Shown here: positions 1 to 12,540 of the stretch, in pieces
Position numbering within the stretch: the stretch's first letter is position 1
Layout of the letters: each line of letters begins with the position of its first letter
Source of the DNA: the human T2T-CHM13v2.0 reference genome, Homo sapiens
Reading direction: 5' to 3' (one strand)
DNA length: 64,000 nt
Assembly: GCF_009914755.1 (NCBI RefSeq)
Contig: NC_060927.1
The notes under the pieces: model-generated
Seen by the model: the letters and a program-made list of their open reading frames with translations, nothing else
Told to the model about the DNA's origin: nothing
Database searches by the model: none
Program-made: the position numbers and the translations under genes

Positions 1-695
1 TCATCCCTATCCTTCTGCACCCCCTCATTATTATTTTGAAGAAAAAGACCCTCCATATCTTTCTTTTCCAGAGGACACTGGGTGAAAAGTAGTTGCCCCA
101 GTGATTGTTCGAGCAGCGCCTCGAGCAACCGCTCTAAGTTTTATTCAGGCAGGAATTCAGCAAGCTAGATGAGAGAGTGATTTAGAGGCTTGGCAGTTCC
201 CTGTTAGAATACACCCCCCAGATCAACAGGGAAATATTATAGCTACATTTGAGCCTTTTCCTTTTAAATTCAGGAAAGCACATTTAGTTGATTACATCAA
301 GGCCTGTGATGGTATTGGAGGTAATCTGCATAAGGCTACTCTGCTAGCACAGGCAATGGCAGGACTGAGAGTGGATAAAGGAAATACTCCATTTCCTGGA
401 GCTTCTTTTAACTGTGGGAAGCACGGTCATACTAAAAAAGAATGTGGAAAAAATCAGCAAGTCAGGCCGCCAGTTGAGGGAAAAAAAGAAAACTGCTGAG
501 CCTGAAATATGTCCAAAATGTAAAAAAGGAAAACACTGGGCTAATCAGTGTCACTCTAAGTTTGATAAAGATGGGAACCTGATTTTGGGAAACACCATGA
601 GGGCCCGTCCCAGGCCCCATTCTAAACCGGGGCCTTTCCGGCTCAGGCCATTCCCTCACCCCTGTACAATGTCTGTCCCCCGCCACAGCCGGTAG
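1..695 (+). pseudogene. HML-3 gag remnant (p15/CA junction, deleted CA, nucleocapsid)
   Basis: Reads WQFPVRIHPP...FEPFPFK then KAHLVDYIKACDGIGG. Knuckle 1 is [14 protein letters not shown] (first Cys now TCT at 404-406); knuckle 2 is [14 protein letters not shown]. Frameshift in the A-run at about 481-487; upstream TGA stops. Confidence 0.9.
587..620 (+). other. gag-pro -1 ribosomal frameshift signal
   Basis: G GGA AAC heptamer (587-593) in the gag frame, followed by a GGGCC...GGCCC stem, as in betaretroviral gag-pro sites. Confidence 0.7.
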
Positions 696-1512
696 TGCCG
701 CAGTAGATCTATGCTACACAAAAGCTGTGAGCCTTCTGCCTGGGGAACCCCCCGCAAAAAGTTCCAACAGGGCTCTGTGGACCCTTGCCAGCAGGGACGA
801 TAGGATTACTTTTAGGAAGGTCTAGTTTAAATTTAAAAGGAGTGCAAACACATACAGGAGTCATTGACTCAGATTACAATGAGGAAATTCAAATTGTTAC
901 ATCTACTTCTGTTCCCTGGAAAGCAGAGCCAGGACAGTGTATAGCACAGCTCCTGATTGTGCCGTATGTGGACATGGGGAAAAGTGAAATTAAACAAACA
1001 GGAGGATTTGGAAGCACAAATAAACAAGACAAAGCAGCTTATTGGGTAAATCAAATTACTAATAAACACCCTACCTGTGAAATAACTATTCAGGGAAAGA
1101 AATTTAAAGGTTTGGTAGATACAGGAGCGGACATTTCAATCATTTCTCTATAGCACTGGCCGTCCACGTGGCCAATTCAACCTACTCAATTTAACATAGC
1201 TGGAGTTGGTAAAGCCCCTGAAGTATATCAAAGTAGTTATATCTTGCATTGTGAAGGGCCCGATGGACAACCTGGGACTATTCAACCAATTATAACTTCC
1301 GTACCTATAAATCTATGGGGGAGAGATTTATTACAACAATGGGGAGCACAAGTTCTAATTCCAGAACAATTATATAGCCCTCAAAGGCAACATATGATGC
1401 GTGAAATGGGGTATGTCCCTGGTATGGGACTAGAAAAAAATTTGCAAGGTTTGAAAGAACCACTTCAAGTGGAAAAACAAAGTTCCTGACAAAGATTAGG
1501 AAATAATTTTTG
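590..1512 (+). pseudogene. HML-3 pro remnant: dUTPase, aspartyl protease, G-patch
   Basis: dUTPase motifs AVDL, GRSS, GVIDSDY, IAQL, GGFGST; protease LVDTGADISII and GRDLL; G-patch MGYVPGMGL. Premature TAG at 1151-1153. Confidence 0.92.
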
Positions 1513-3400
1513 ATGGTGGCCATTGTTAAGCCTCCAGAACCTACACCTTTAAAATGGTTAACAGATAAGCCAATTTGGATAGAACAATGGCCACTAAGTA
1601 AAGAGAAACTGGGGGCTTTAGAGAAATTAGTTACTGAACAATTAGAAAATGGGCACATAGCTCCAACATTTTCCCCTTGGAATTCTCCAGTTTTCCTAAC
1701 TAAGAAAAAATCAAGTAAATGGAGAATGTTAACTGACTTAAGAGCCATCAATTCAGTTATACAACCTATGTGAGCATTACAGCCAGGATTGCCTTCTCCT
1801 GCTGTAATTCCAAAAAATTGGCCTTTAATAGTCATAGACTCTAGATTTGCTAATTTTTTCAACTCAGCATTCACCTACAGGTGTTATTGTCCAAGAACAG
1901 GACTTAGTAAGAGTGGCTTTTTCTTCCACATACTAATTCACGGACTCTAACTCCTTATTTAGATCAAATCGCTACTATGATAGGGATTCGGAGAACTCAG
2001 ATTGTTAAATTACATAGATATGATCCTAGAAAAATTATTGTCCCTCTCACGAAGGCACAAATACAGCAAGCTTCTATAAATAATCTTACTTGGCAAACCC
2101 ATTTAGCTGACTTTGTAAGTATTCTTGATAATCATTTTCTTAAAACTGTTTCAGTTTTTGAAATTAACTAATTAGATTCTCCCTAAAATAACTAAATTTA
2201 AACCAATTGAAGGTGCTGAAAATGTTACAGATAGGTCTAGCAATGGTAAAGCTTCTTATTCTGGCTCAAAAAGTAAAGTTTTCCAGATGTCCTATACTTC
2301 AGATCAAAAAGCAGAGCTTGTAGCTGTAATTGAGGTATTGACTGCTTTTGATATGCCTATTAATGTGATTTCTGATTCTTCATACGTGGTTCATGCCACA
2401 TAGTTAATTGAAAATGCTCAGTTACAATTTCATACAAGTGATGAACAACTGATGACTTTATTTACCCAATTGCAAACAGCAGTTAGAATTAGAATGCACC
2501 CTTTTTACATCACTCACATTAGGGCTCATACACCTCTTTCTTCCAGGACCTTTGACTGAAGGGAATCAAATGGCCAATCGCCTAGTTGCTAAGGCAATAT
2601 TTAATGCTAGACACTTTCACAATTTAACCCATGTTAATGCCTCTAGTCTCAAACACAGATACAGCATTACCTGGAAAGAAGCTAAAGCTATTATCCAGTG
2701 ATGCCCAACTTGCCAAATGGTACATTCCTCATCTTTTAAAGGAGGAGTTAATCCTCGAGGACTGCAACCTAACTCTCTTTGGCAAATGGATGTCACACAT
2801 GTTCCCTCGTTTGGGAGACTAGCTTATGTACATGTATGTGTGGACACCTTTTCTCACTTTGTCTGGGCTACATGCCAATCAGGAGAGTCTTCTGCCTGTG
2901 TTAAACGTCACCTTTTCCAGTGTTTTGCGGTGATGGGCATTCCAGCTTCTATTAAAACAGACAATGCCCCAGGTTATACTAGCCAAGCTCTAGCTACATT
3001 TTTCTCTATGTGGAATATTAAACACATTACTGGCATCCCATACAATTCTCAAGGACAAGCCATAGTGGAAAGAATGAATATCTCCCTAAAACAGCAGTTG
3101 CAAAAGCAGAAAGGGGGAGACAGAGAATATGGAACCCCACAGATGCAACTGAATCTGGCATTATTAACTTTAAATTTTTTGAGCCTGCCCAAAGGCCAGA
3201 TGTTATCAGCAGCTGAACAGCAACTACAGAAACCAGCTGCAAAGACAGAAGCAAAACAATTGGTTTGGTGGAGAGATCCGATAACAAAAAGTTAGGACAT
3301 AGATAAAATAATAACTTGGGGTAGAGGTTATGCTTGCGTTTCTCCAGGTCAAAATCAACAGCTGATTTGGATACCATCAAGACACCTGAAACTTTATCAT
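1510..3400 (+). pseudogene. HML-3 pol remnant (RT N-terminus, RT core deleted, connection/RNase H, integrase)
   Basis: [27 protein letters not shown]; jumps at about 1839 to the connection domain; RNase H AELVAV and HIRAH; integrase HHCC, WQMDVTH, IKTDN, IVERMN. Confidence 0.92.
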
Positions 3401-4520
3401 GAGCCAGATGCCGAGGAAGAGATTCTGGGAGGATCCCAAGGACCCCCCGGTTGCAGCCATGTGGAGGCTGATGCTGAGGAGGACCCCAACTGACACAAGC
3501 AACACCCGTCGAACACAGCCACTCATCTGGGGACAGATCAAAAAGCTGTCACAGATGGCAGAAGAAAACCGGAGGAAAGGGGGACAGTCAGTCACAATGA
3601 ATAATTTAATGGTAGCTATGATAGCGGTTATCACCACTGCCGTGAGTATTCCTTCAACAAGGGCTGACACAGAGAACAATTATACTTATTGGGCATATTT
3701 ATCCATTTTGGCTGGCAATAATGCCTGGATGTAATCACTCTATGACACAGTTACACACGCTTTCTGATCTCAGTATTTACCATAATAAATCTGCTCCTAT
3801 AATTGAGGCATACCACCCTCAAAAACCTATTTGTAAACAAAATTGAACCTGGCCAGAAATAATGAACGTACTTGTTTAGGAAGATTGCACTGCAGAACAG
3901 ACAGAGGTGCTACACAACGATTCCTATGGAATCATTATTAATTGGTCCCCTAAGGAGATGTTTAGCTTAAATTGCACCTGTCAGTCTGCATGCCACGGCC
4001 ACACTATGTTCAGCTGGTCTGAACAAAACGGTCGGATGGCAGAAATGATAAAAAGTATGACAAGAGTTCCTATTATCTGGAACCATGGTGGTATAGTGGC
4101 ACCTCAACCTCATATGATATGGCCCGCTGTAGGAGCTAAACACAAAGATTTGTGGAAACTATTAATAGCTCTTAATAAGATCAAAATTTGGTAAAGAATA
4201 AAAAAGCATCTAGAAAGACACTCTACAAACTTGTCTTTGGCTATTGCAAAATTAAAGAACAAATATTTAAAGTATCCCAGGCACACCTGACCTTAATGCC
4301 AGGAACTGGAGTGCTTGAAGGAGCTGCAGACAAATTAGCAGCTAGTAACCTGTTAAAATGGATAAAAACACTTGGAAGCTCTGTGATTTCAATGACGATT
4401 GTGCTTTTAATCTGTGTTGTTTGTCTTTGTATAGTCTGCAGATGTGGATCCTGACTCCTGCGAGAAGTAGCTCACCATGACAAAGCTGCCCTTGCTTTTA
4501 TTGATTTGCAAATCGAATAA
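3399..4520 (+). pseudogene. HML-3 env remnant (signal peptide, partial SU, C-terminal TM)
   Basis: WGQIKKLSQMA and YTYWAY leader/SU start; LKEQIFK and WIKTLGS; membrane span IVLLICVVCLCIV. No furin site or fusion peptide visible. Confidence 0.9.
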
Positions 4521-4528
4521 GGGGGACG

Positions 4529-5043
4529 TGTTAGGAGCAGGCCCCCCCTCAAAATCTGGCCATAAACTGGCCCCAAAACTGGCCATAAACAAAATCTCTG
4601 CAGCACTGTGACATGTTTGTGATGGCCATAACGCCCATGCTGGAAGGTTGTGGGTTTATGGGAATTAGGGCAAGGAACACCTGGCCCACCCAGGGCGGAA
4701 AACCGCTTAAAGCCATTCTTAAGCCACAAACAATAGCATGAGCGATCTGTGCCTTAAGGACATGCTCCTGCTGCAGTTAACTAGCCCAACCTATTCCTTT
4801 CATTCGGCCCATCCCTTCATTTCCCATAAGGGATACTTTTAGTTAATTTAATATCTATAGAAACAATGCGAATGGCTGGCTTGCTGTTAATAAATATGTG
4901 TGTAAATCTCTGTTCGGGCTCTCAGCTCTGCAGGCTGTGAGACCCCTGATTTCCCACTTCACACCTCTATATTTCTGTGTGTGTGTCTTTAATTCCTCTA
5001 GCGCTGCTGGGTTAGGGTCTCCCTGACTGAGCTGTTCTTGGCA
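4529..5043 (+). mobile_element. MER9-type 3' LTR of HML-3
   Basis: Follows purine tract AATAAGGGGGAC; TG...CA ends; 515 bp; repeated CTGGCCATAAA motifs; AATAAA near 4889. Confidence 0.93.
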
Positions 5044-5670
5044 CACATGCAAAAGAAAGAAAATTAGATCCCTGTCTCACACTAAGTACAAAAAGCAACT
5101 CACAATGCATCATGGAACTAAACATAAGAGCTAAAACTATAAATTCTTAGAAGAATACATAGGAATAAATCTTTATGATCTTGAATTAGAGAATGTTTTG
5201 TTAAAGCATAAGCAATGAAAGAAAAAGTAAATTTGATTTCATCAAAATAAAAAATCATTGTGCTTCAAAAGATACCATCAAGAAAGTGAAAAAAGACAAC
5301 CCACAGAAAGAGAGAAAATATTTGCCAGTCATATATATGGCAAAAGATTTATATCAGAATATATAAAGAACTCTTAGAATTCAATAAGAAGACAATCTAA
5401 TTTTAAAATGATCAAAAGGATTTGAATAGATATGTCTTTAAAGATGGTCAATAAGCAAATGAAAAAATGCTCAACACATCATTAGCCATTAGATAAATGC
5501 AAAACAAAACCGCAATGAGCTACCATTTCACCCCCATTAGGATGACTTCAATAAAAAAGACAATAAAAACGGTTGGCAAGACTGTGGAGAACTGGAACTC
5601 TGATAGTGGGGATGTAAAATGGTATACAGCTGCTTGGGAAAACTATTTTGAAAAACAATTTGGAAGAGTT
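5044..5670 (+). mobile_element. Old L1M ORF2 3' fragment (host of the provirus)
   Basis: L1 ORF2-like A-rich text (aaaactataaattcttagaagaatacataggaataaatc; atgctcaacacatcattagccattag). Confidence 0.8.
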
Positions 5671-5679
5671 GATAGAGGA

Positions 5680-6295
<616 letters not shown>

Positions 6296-7156
6296 TAGAA
6301 GTCACTCGTGGCCCATTTTCTGACTATATTCTGACTGTAACAAGAAACTGGTTGAGTGACTGGTCATTTGCCACCTGGTTCTCATTTTCCTATTCCCCAG
6401 CAAGCATAATTTCACTAGTTTTGCTTTCTCCCATCCATTTAGACTTGAAACACTCTGCTTCTATTGCCAAATAATTCCACGATTTTCAAATTTCACTAGA
6501 AAATTTATTTAAGCCAAGTTTTTCAACAAATCATATCAGCATTCCTTGATAGGCTAAAAATTACACTTATGCTGTTTGCACAACCTATATTCATTTATTT
6601 TTACCATTAAAAAATTATGAAATATCTTTCTCACACAAAGGTATATAAGTTATTTTTGTACTCTATGTACTTCATGTACCCACCATCTAGTTAAAAGATA
6701 AAACTATCAATATAGTTGAAGTCTCTGCATATTCATACCCAATCTAATTCTCCTCCCTCCTCCTACCCTATCACAGTAAGAGGTAACCTCTATTTTGAAC
6801 TTTTACCTAATGTATTTTTCACTATATCCCTGGACTTTGCATGTCTAAACTAATTAATATTTTCTTTTTTTGAATATTACATGCCACCAAACTCTCAGTA
6901 TACAATAAATAATAACCAATAATGCAAGTTCAGTAAAAGTTCTCATGACATTATTTCAAACTTGAGTCACTGAACATGAGTTAAATTTTTAACATTTTTA
7001 TTCCAAAATAATAATTGCCATTTGACATGCACATAAATCCCATAGAGATTTGCAATGAAAATAAAGTAGGACCATCTAATGTTTGCCTTCAAATAGAAGT
7101 TTTTATCTATACTAAAGAAAAGATCTACAATATGTAGAAAGTTAATGGCAATGTAG

Positions 7157-7301
7157 GGCCAGGCATGGTGGCTCAAGCCTGTAATCTCAGCACTTTGGGA
7201 GGCTGAGGCGGGCAGATCATGAGGTCAGGAGATCAAGACCTGGCTAACACAGTGAAACCCCATCTCTACTAAAAAATACAAAAAAAAAAAAAAAGAAAAA
7301 A
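7157..7301 (+). mobile_element. Alu left monomer only (AluY/Sc-type diagnostics) with 20-bp TSD
   Basis: TSD agaaagttaatggcaatgta at 7136-7155 and 7302-7321. Confidence 0.92.
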
Positions 7302-7920
7302 AGAAAGTTAATGGCAATGTAAAATAAAACAGATGAGACTTGTAAAGAACTAACTGTGCCATACCTTTTCTGGATAGAATTCTAAGAATAGAGGCTGAAG
7401 GAAACAAGACTGCTTAAAGAGCATTTTCCTTTTCTTCGAACATGGCTGAAAGTAAGTGTCTGGATTCCTGCCTCACCTGAGGTTTATTCAGGAAGAAAAA
7501 GTCAGGAAAACTTATCCGGTCATAAAATAATGAACAAGCATAGAAGGACCTATAAATAACTAACACTAGTAAAAGCATTTCTTGAAATAATCCTATTCAT
7601 TAGTCTTAGGGCTTCTATTATAACTAATTGCTAGATAGTGCCAAAAGTAAAATTCCAGTTGTGATATATATGAAAAAAAGACACAGTGGGCTATTAATGC
7701 CAGAATATAAAATAGTAAATAAGCCAACCAAAATTTATTATATACTTCTTAAGTGCCAGAGACAGAGCTATGTGGAACAGGGAAGGGGGAGGTACATGGC
7801 TTAGTACCTGGAATATAATAGGTCCTGTCCTTAGAGTCAGAATCTGTAACAATTTAAATTAACAACTTAAATGTCAAAGAATACTTTCTAAGTTGATTGC
7901 TCTAAGAAAATAACCAAATG

Positions 7921-8314
<394 letters not shown>

Positions 8315-9024
8315 TTAAAAGGAGTCAAGTAATTATTCAGATATGTGAACATATCCACACTTGGAAATATCCAAGAATTAACAGCATTTTTCCAGATAGT
8401 CTCTATCATGTAAATATGTTTTTAGAGTCCACATCTTCAGTAAATTAATGAAACTAAGAAGCCCAGCTCAAGGTATTATAATTTAAATAGCAGTAGAATC
8501 TTGATTTTAATGATTAAAGATTCCCCATCAGAAACCTATCCTAAAATGTTTCCATTAAAAGGAATGAATGTAAATGAAAGCACCTATCATCATTCTTGCT
8601 AGACAGTGGATTCTTACTAAAAATTAAAACAACAATTAACCCTAAGGAGCAATAAAGCTCATTCTTTATATTTGAAACCATAGAAGCATAGGGTTTTACT
8701 GACTGAAAAAACCTTGGAAATGCTCTAGTCTAATTCTTTAATTTTAAAAAAGAAGGAAAATGAGGCCGAATGACTTAATAAGCTAACACCAGAATCAGAT
8801 TAAAATCCAGATCTCCAGACGTAAGACTATTGCTTTTGCAAATTCTTTTGTTGAACTAAAATTATGGGGGAAAAAAAGGGAACTCACTTTGTTTTCAATA
8901 AGAAGCCCTAAACTCTGAGGCAGAAGGCCAGATTCTTACTCTAACTTTCACTAATTACAGCCTCAGGCAATTCACTCAAACGCTCTGGTTTAATTTTTTA
9001 TAAAATGAGAAGGTTAGAATAGAT

Positions 9025-9210
9025 CAGTGATTCTCAATCTTGGGTGTGCAGCAGAATCCTCTAAGGGGTATTTTACAAAATAATAAATGCTCAGGTCCTA
9101 CTTCCTCCCACCTAAGATTTTATTTTACACGGTCTGGGATATACTCTGGCATATATTTTTTTAAAAGCTTCTCAAGTGACTCCAATGTACAACCAAGACT
9201 GAGAGCCAAT
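9025..9210. mobile_element. MER5A-like hAT-Charlie MITE inside a MIR
   Basis: cagtgattctcaa... start; ...tccaatgtacaaccaagactgagagcca end. Confidence 0.7.
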
Positions 9211-9667
9211 ACACTAAATAATCTTTAAGGTCCCTTTTATAATCTAAAATTCTAATTAATTTTCCCGTTTTGGCTGTAGTCATTTGGCTACTGGTTAACT
9301 GATGGACAGATTAGACACAATAAAAGTACACAAACCCAGAAAAAAAATAAACTGATATTCCCCCTGTAGACTTTACAGTAGATTCTACATCATAATCTGT
9401 CAGCATTTATTGGGACCCATTATGGAGAAGGCTTCCTCTCCTTCCCTGATGTATCCTTCCATATGGAGAGAGCTCAAGTGGCATAAAACTCTTGGCCCCT
9501 CTCTATGCCTTTCCTCCCTATGGTCAAGGAGAGAGAGAATAGCTTCTTGGCTGGCAAATTTGGAAAAAAACAAAACTACATATGCTTGGCTCAGCACCCT
9601 CCTTTTGCCTCTTGGGAGTGAGCCAACCAAAGGTAATGCAAGTTCTGACCTAGTTCTCTAAAGACAG

Positions 9668-10018
9668 TGTCTTAATCACTTTAGGCTGCTATAACAAAGC
9701 CCCATAGCCTGTATGGCTTATAAACAAAAGAGATCTATTGTTTATAAGATCAGGTTGCTGGCATGGTTGGATGCTAGTGAGGGCCATCTTCTGGACTGCA
9801 GATCATTGACTTCTCATTGTGACCTCACACGGCAAAAAGAGCGCTAAAGAGATCCCTGGAGTCACTTTCATAACGGCACTAATCCCATTCATGAGGACTC
9901 CACCCTCGTGAACTATTACCTCCCAAAGGTCTCACCGCTCCTAAAACCATCACATTGGGGATTAGGATTTCAATATATGAATTTGGACGGTGGGGGACCA
10001 AACATTCAGTCCCTTGCA
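9668..10018 (-). mobile_element. MLT1A-type MaLR solo LTR
   Basis: tgtcttaatc...ggctgctataacaaa start; ggcactaatcccattcatgagg; aacattcagtcccttgca end. Confidence 0.85.
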
Positions 10019-10442
10019 GATGGTCTCTGCAACGGAGCTTGTCCCAGTCCAGTGCTGCTATGCCTAGGTGGATAAGTCTTCTGAGGTGCAGAATTTGGAA
10101 GCCCATATGCTAGCAAATACAAGCTACATCCTCTAATTCAGTGTTTAGTAGACAGACGGTAATATTTTGGCTTGCAGATGAATATTCTTATTTTATTTCT
10201 CAACTGGCCCACAACTCAGCAAAGGAAGAATGCTATTTATTGGTACCCCTCAGGGATCTCAACACCACCTACTCTGTATTAGATAATGGCACATGGAATA
10301 CGAAGATGATGTGTTTAACGTCATTTGGCAATGTTTAGAATGAATGAGTGAACGAAAAAACAAATATAGTACAGATAGAATGTCATATCTACTCAAGGAC
10401 TATATATTAACCAAAGGTAGTCTTATCAATCTTGCCTTAATT

Positions 10443-10647
10443 CAGGGTTTCTGTTATTATTTACGTTTTAGGCTGGACAATTCTTGTGAAGAGCTATCCT
10501 CTACATTCTAGGATGTTCAGCAGCATCCCTGACCTCTTGCTCACTAGAAATGAGTAGGCAACTCTCCAGTTGTGACAACCAAAAATGTTTCCAGGCATTA
10601 CCAAATGTCCCCTGGGTGGCAAAATTATCCACTGTTGAGAACCACTG
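10443..10647. mobile_element. MER20 hAT-Charlie DNA transposon
   Basis: ccagttgtgacaaccaaaaatgtttcc...gttgagaaccactg; perfect 8-bp TSD ccttaatt at 10435-10442 and 10648-10655. Confidence 0.92.
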
Positions 10648-10765
10648 CCTTAATTTGTTGTGTCAGTACAGCAAAGCAAAGGTATGTATCTATTGAAAAA
10701 TGACCTGTTGAAAAGCAAACACAGAATCATAGACTATGATAGAAAGGTCTTTAGAGGTCAGTTAG

Positions 10766-11078
<313 letters not shown>

Positions 11079-11407
11079 TGACCCTCTACATTTTCAAATG
11101 AGAAACCACATTTATGGAAAATCAACATTTATTACCAATTATTTATTTAAACAGAACCTCTATCTTACTTTTAAAATCAGCAACCTTGTCAATAAAAATG
11201 CAAATAGCACAATCTAGGAATTTCCCAATTGTTTTTTTTCTACTGAAAACATCAGTTAGTATTATTTATTTCTGGGTAAGTGCCATATCACTTTAAAATA
11301 TGTAAAATATATTTCCTCCAATTCAGTTATTGTAAGATCTGTGAGAAATCTTTAGAAGCCATGCCCATCACTTAGGGTAAAAACCCTGGTTCTCACCATT
11401 TGTGTAC

Positions 11408-11409
11408 CA

Positions 11410-11477
<68 letters not shown>
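11408..11477. repeat. Compound (CA)n-(GA)n microsatellite
   Basis: Directly visible. Confidence 0.97.
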
Positions 11478-11481
<4 letters not shown>

Positions 11482-11579
11482 CCACTGATATGGCAGAACT
11501 GAAGGAACAAAAATATGGTATTAAAATTTAAAAACACAGAACCTATCATGTATTACTTAGCAAAGAAACAAGTAGATAC

Positions 11580-12540
11580 AGCCTTGCCTTCCACAGTAAT
11601 CTTTCTCAAGAAGATCCTTCTAAAACACAAATCTGATTATGTTTCTCCCAGCTTGGCTTCAAATCCTCAAATGGTTCACAATATCGATCACCTTCAAGAT
11701 AAAAGGCAATTTTCCTAGAAAGGTATACAAGGCTTTCCATGATCTTGTTCCTGCCTACTTCTCCAGCTTGTCTTTTCCTTCTCCCACATGTGCGCTACGT
11801 TCTAGCTAGACTGAACTCATTGAAGATCTTGAAAGATACCCAAGAACCTACATTTTCTAACAGTAAAAGTGAAATCAGTACAATTTTGTATAATCTTTGT
11901 TTATGGACCCATCCTTCAGTTGTCAGGTTTAGTGTTACTTCCTCAGGGAATACTGCCCCAATCCCCACTCTATTACACATTCTCACAGCACCCTGGACTT
12001 CTCCTTCACTGCATTTATCACAACTATAGTTTTTACAATTTTTTGTGATTATTGTATTATTCTCTTCATATGCCTAAAAAGGCAGGAGTGTGTCTAGTTC
12101 TATGTTCTAATATGTCCCCAAGGCAGTATTACATTGTATATGTCTGGCATATAATAGATGCTCAACAAATGTTTGTTGAATAAATGAATAAATGAATGTT
12201 CTTTCATATCTGCAAGTCTTACTGGAGATGGGACATGATGGTTCTTTCCTTCTTTAGCCAATTCCTGTTTTCCTTTAAGCTCGGGCATCCTTCGTTCTAG
12301 AAGTCTTCCTGATGCCCTAAGTCTTAGATACTCTGCTTCTGTGCTGACAAACCATCCTGGATATATTTTTATACGGCATATATACTTGACTATAGTTTTT
12401 ACTTTACTTATCTGTCTCTTCCACTAGACTATGGGCTCCTTAATGACAAGGGCTGTGTCTTTCATCTTTATATACCTTGTTGGTAGCACAGTGCTTAATA
12501 CAGAGGGGGTACTCAGTAAATGCCTGAACACATATGAATA
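11580..12540 (+). mobile_element. L2 3' fragments
   Basis: aaacacaaatctgattatgtttctccc; tgctcaacaaatgtttgttgaataaatgaat terminus; second copy ends gtactcagtaaatgcctgaa. Confidence 0.7.

Larger units (their letters stand above)
1..5043 (+). mobile_element. HERV-K(HML-3)/HERVK9 defective provirus; 5' part lies outside the window
   Basis: Colinear betaretroviral gag (Zn knuckles), pro (dUTPase, DTGAD, G-patch), pol (RT N-terminus, RNase H, HHCC/DDE integrase), env, polypurine tract and MER9-type LTR; many stops and frameshifts. Confidence 0.95.

Noticed and set aside
785-1153. Functional retroviral dUTPase/protease
   Set aside because: Non-ATG start; a frameshift separates motif I; the motif III Gly and motif V Arg positions appear substituted; a stop follows shortly after DTGAD.
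1305-1874. 189-aa minus-strand ORF as a retroviral antisense protein
   Set aside because: Non-ATG start; it spans the pol deletion junction; long antisense frames are expected opposite coding sequence; no motif.
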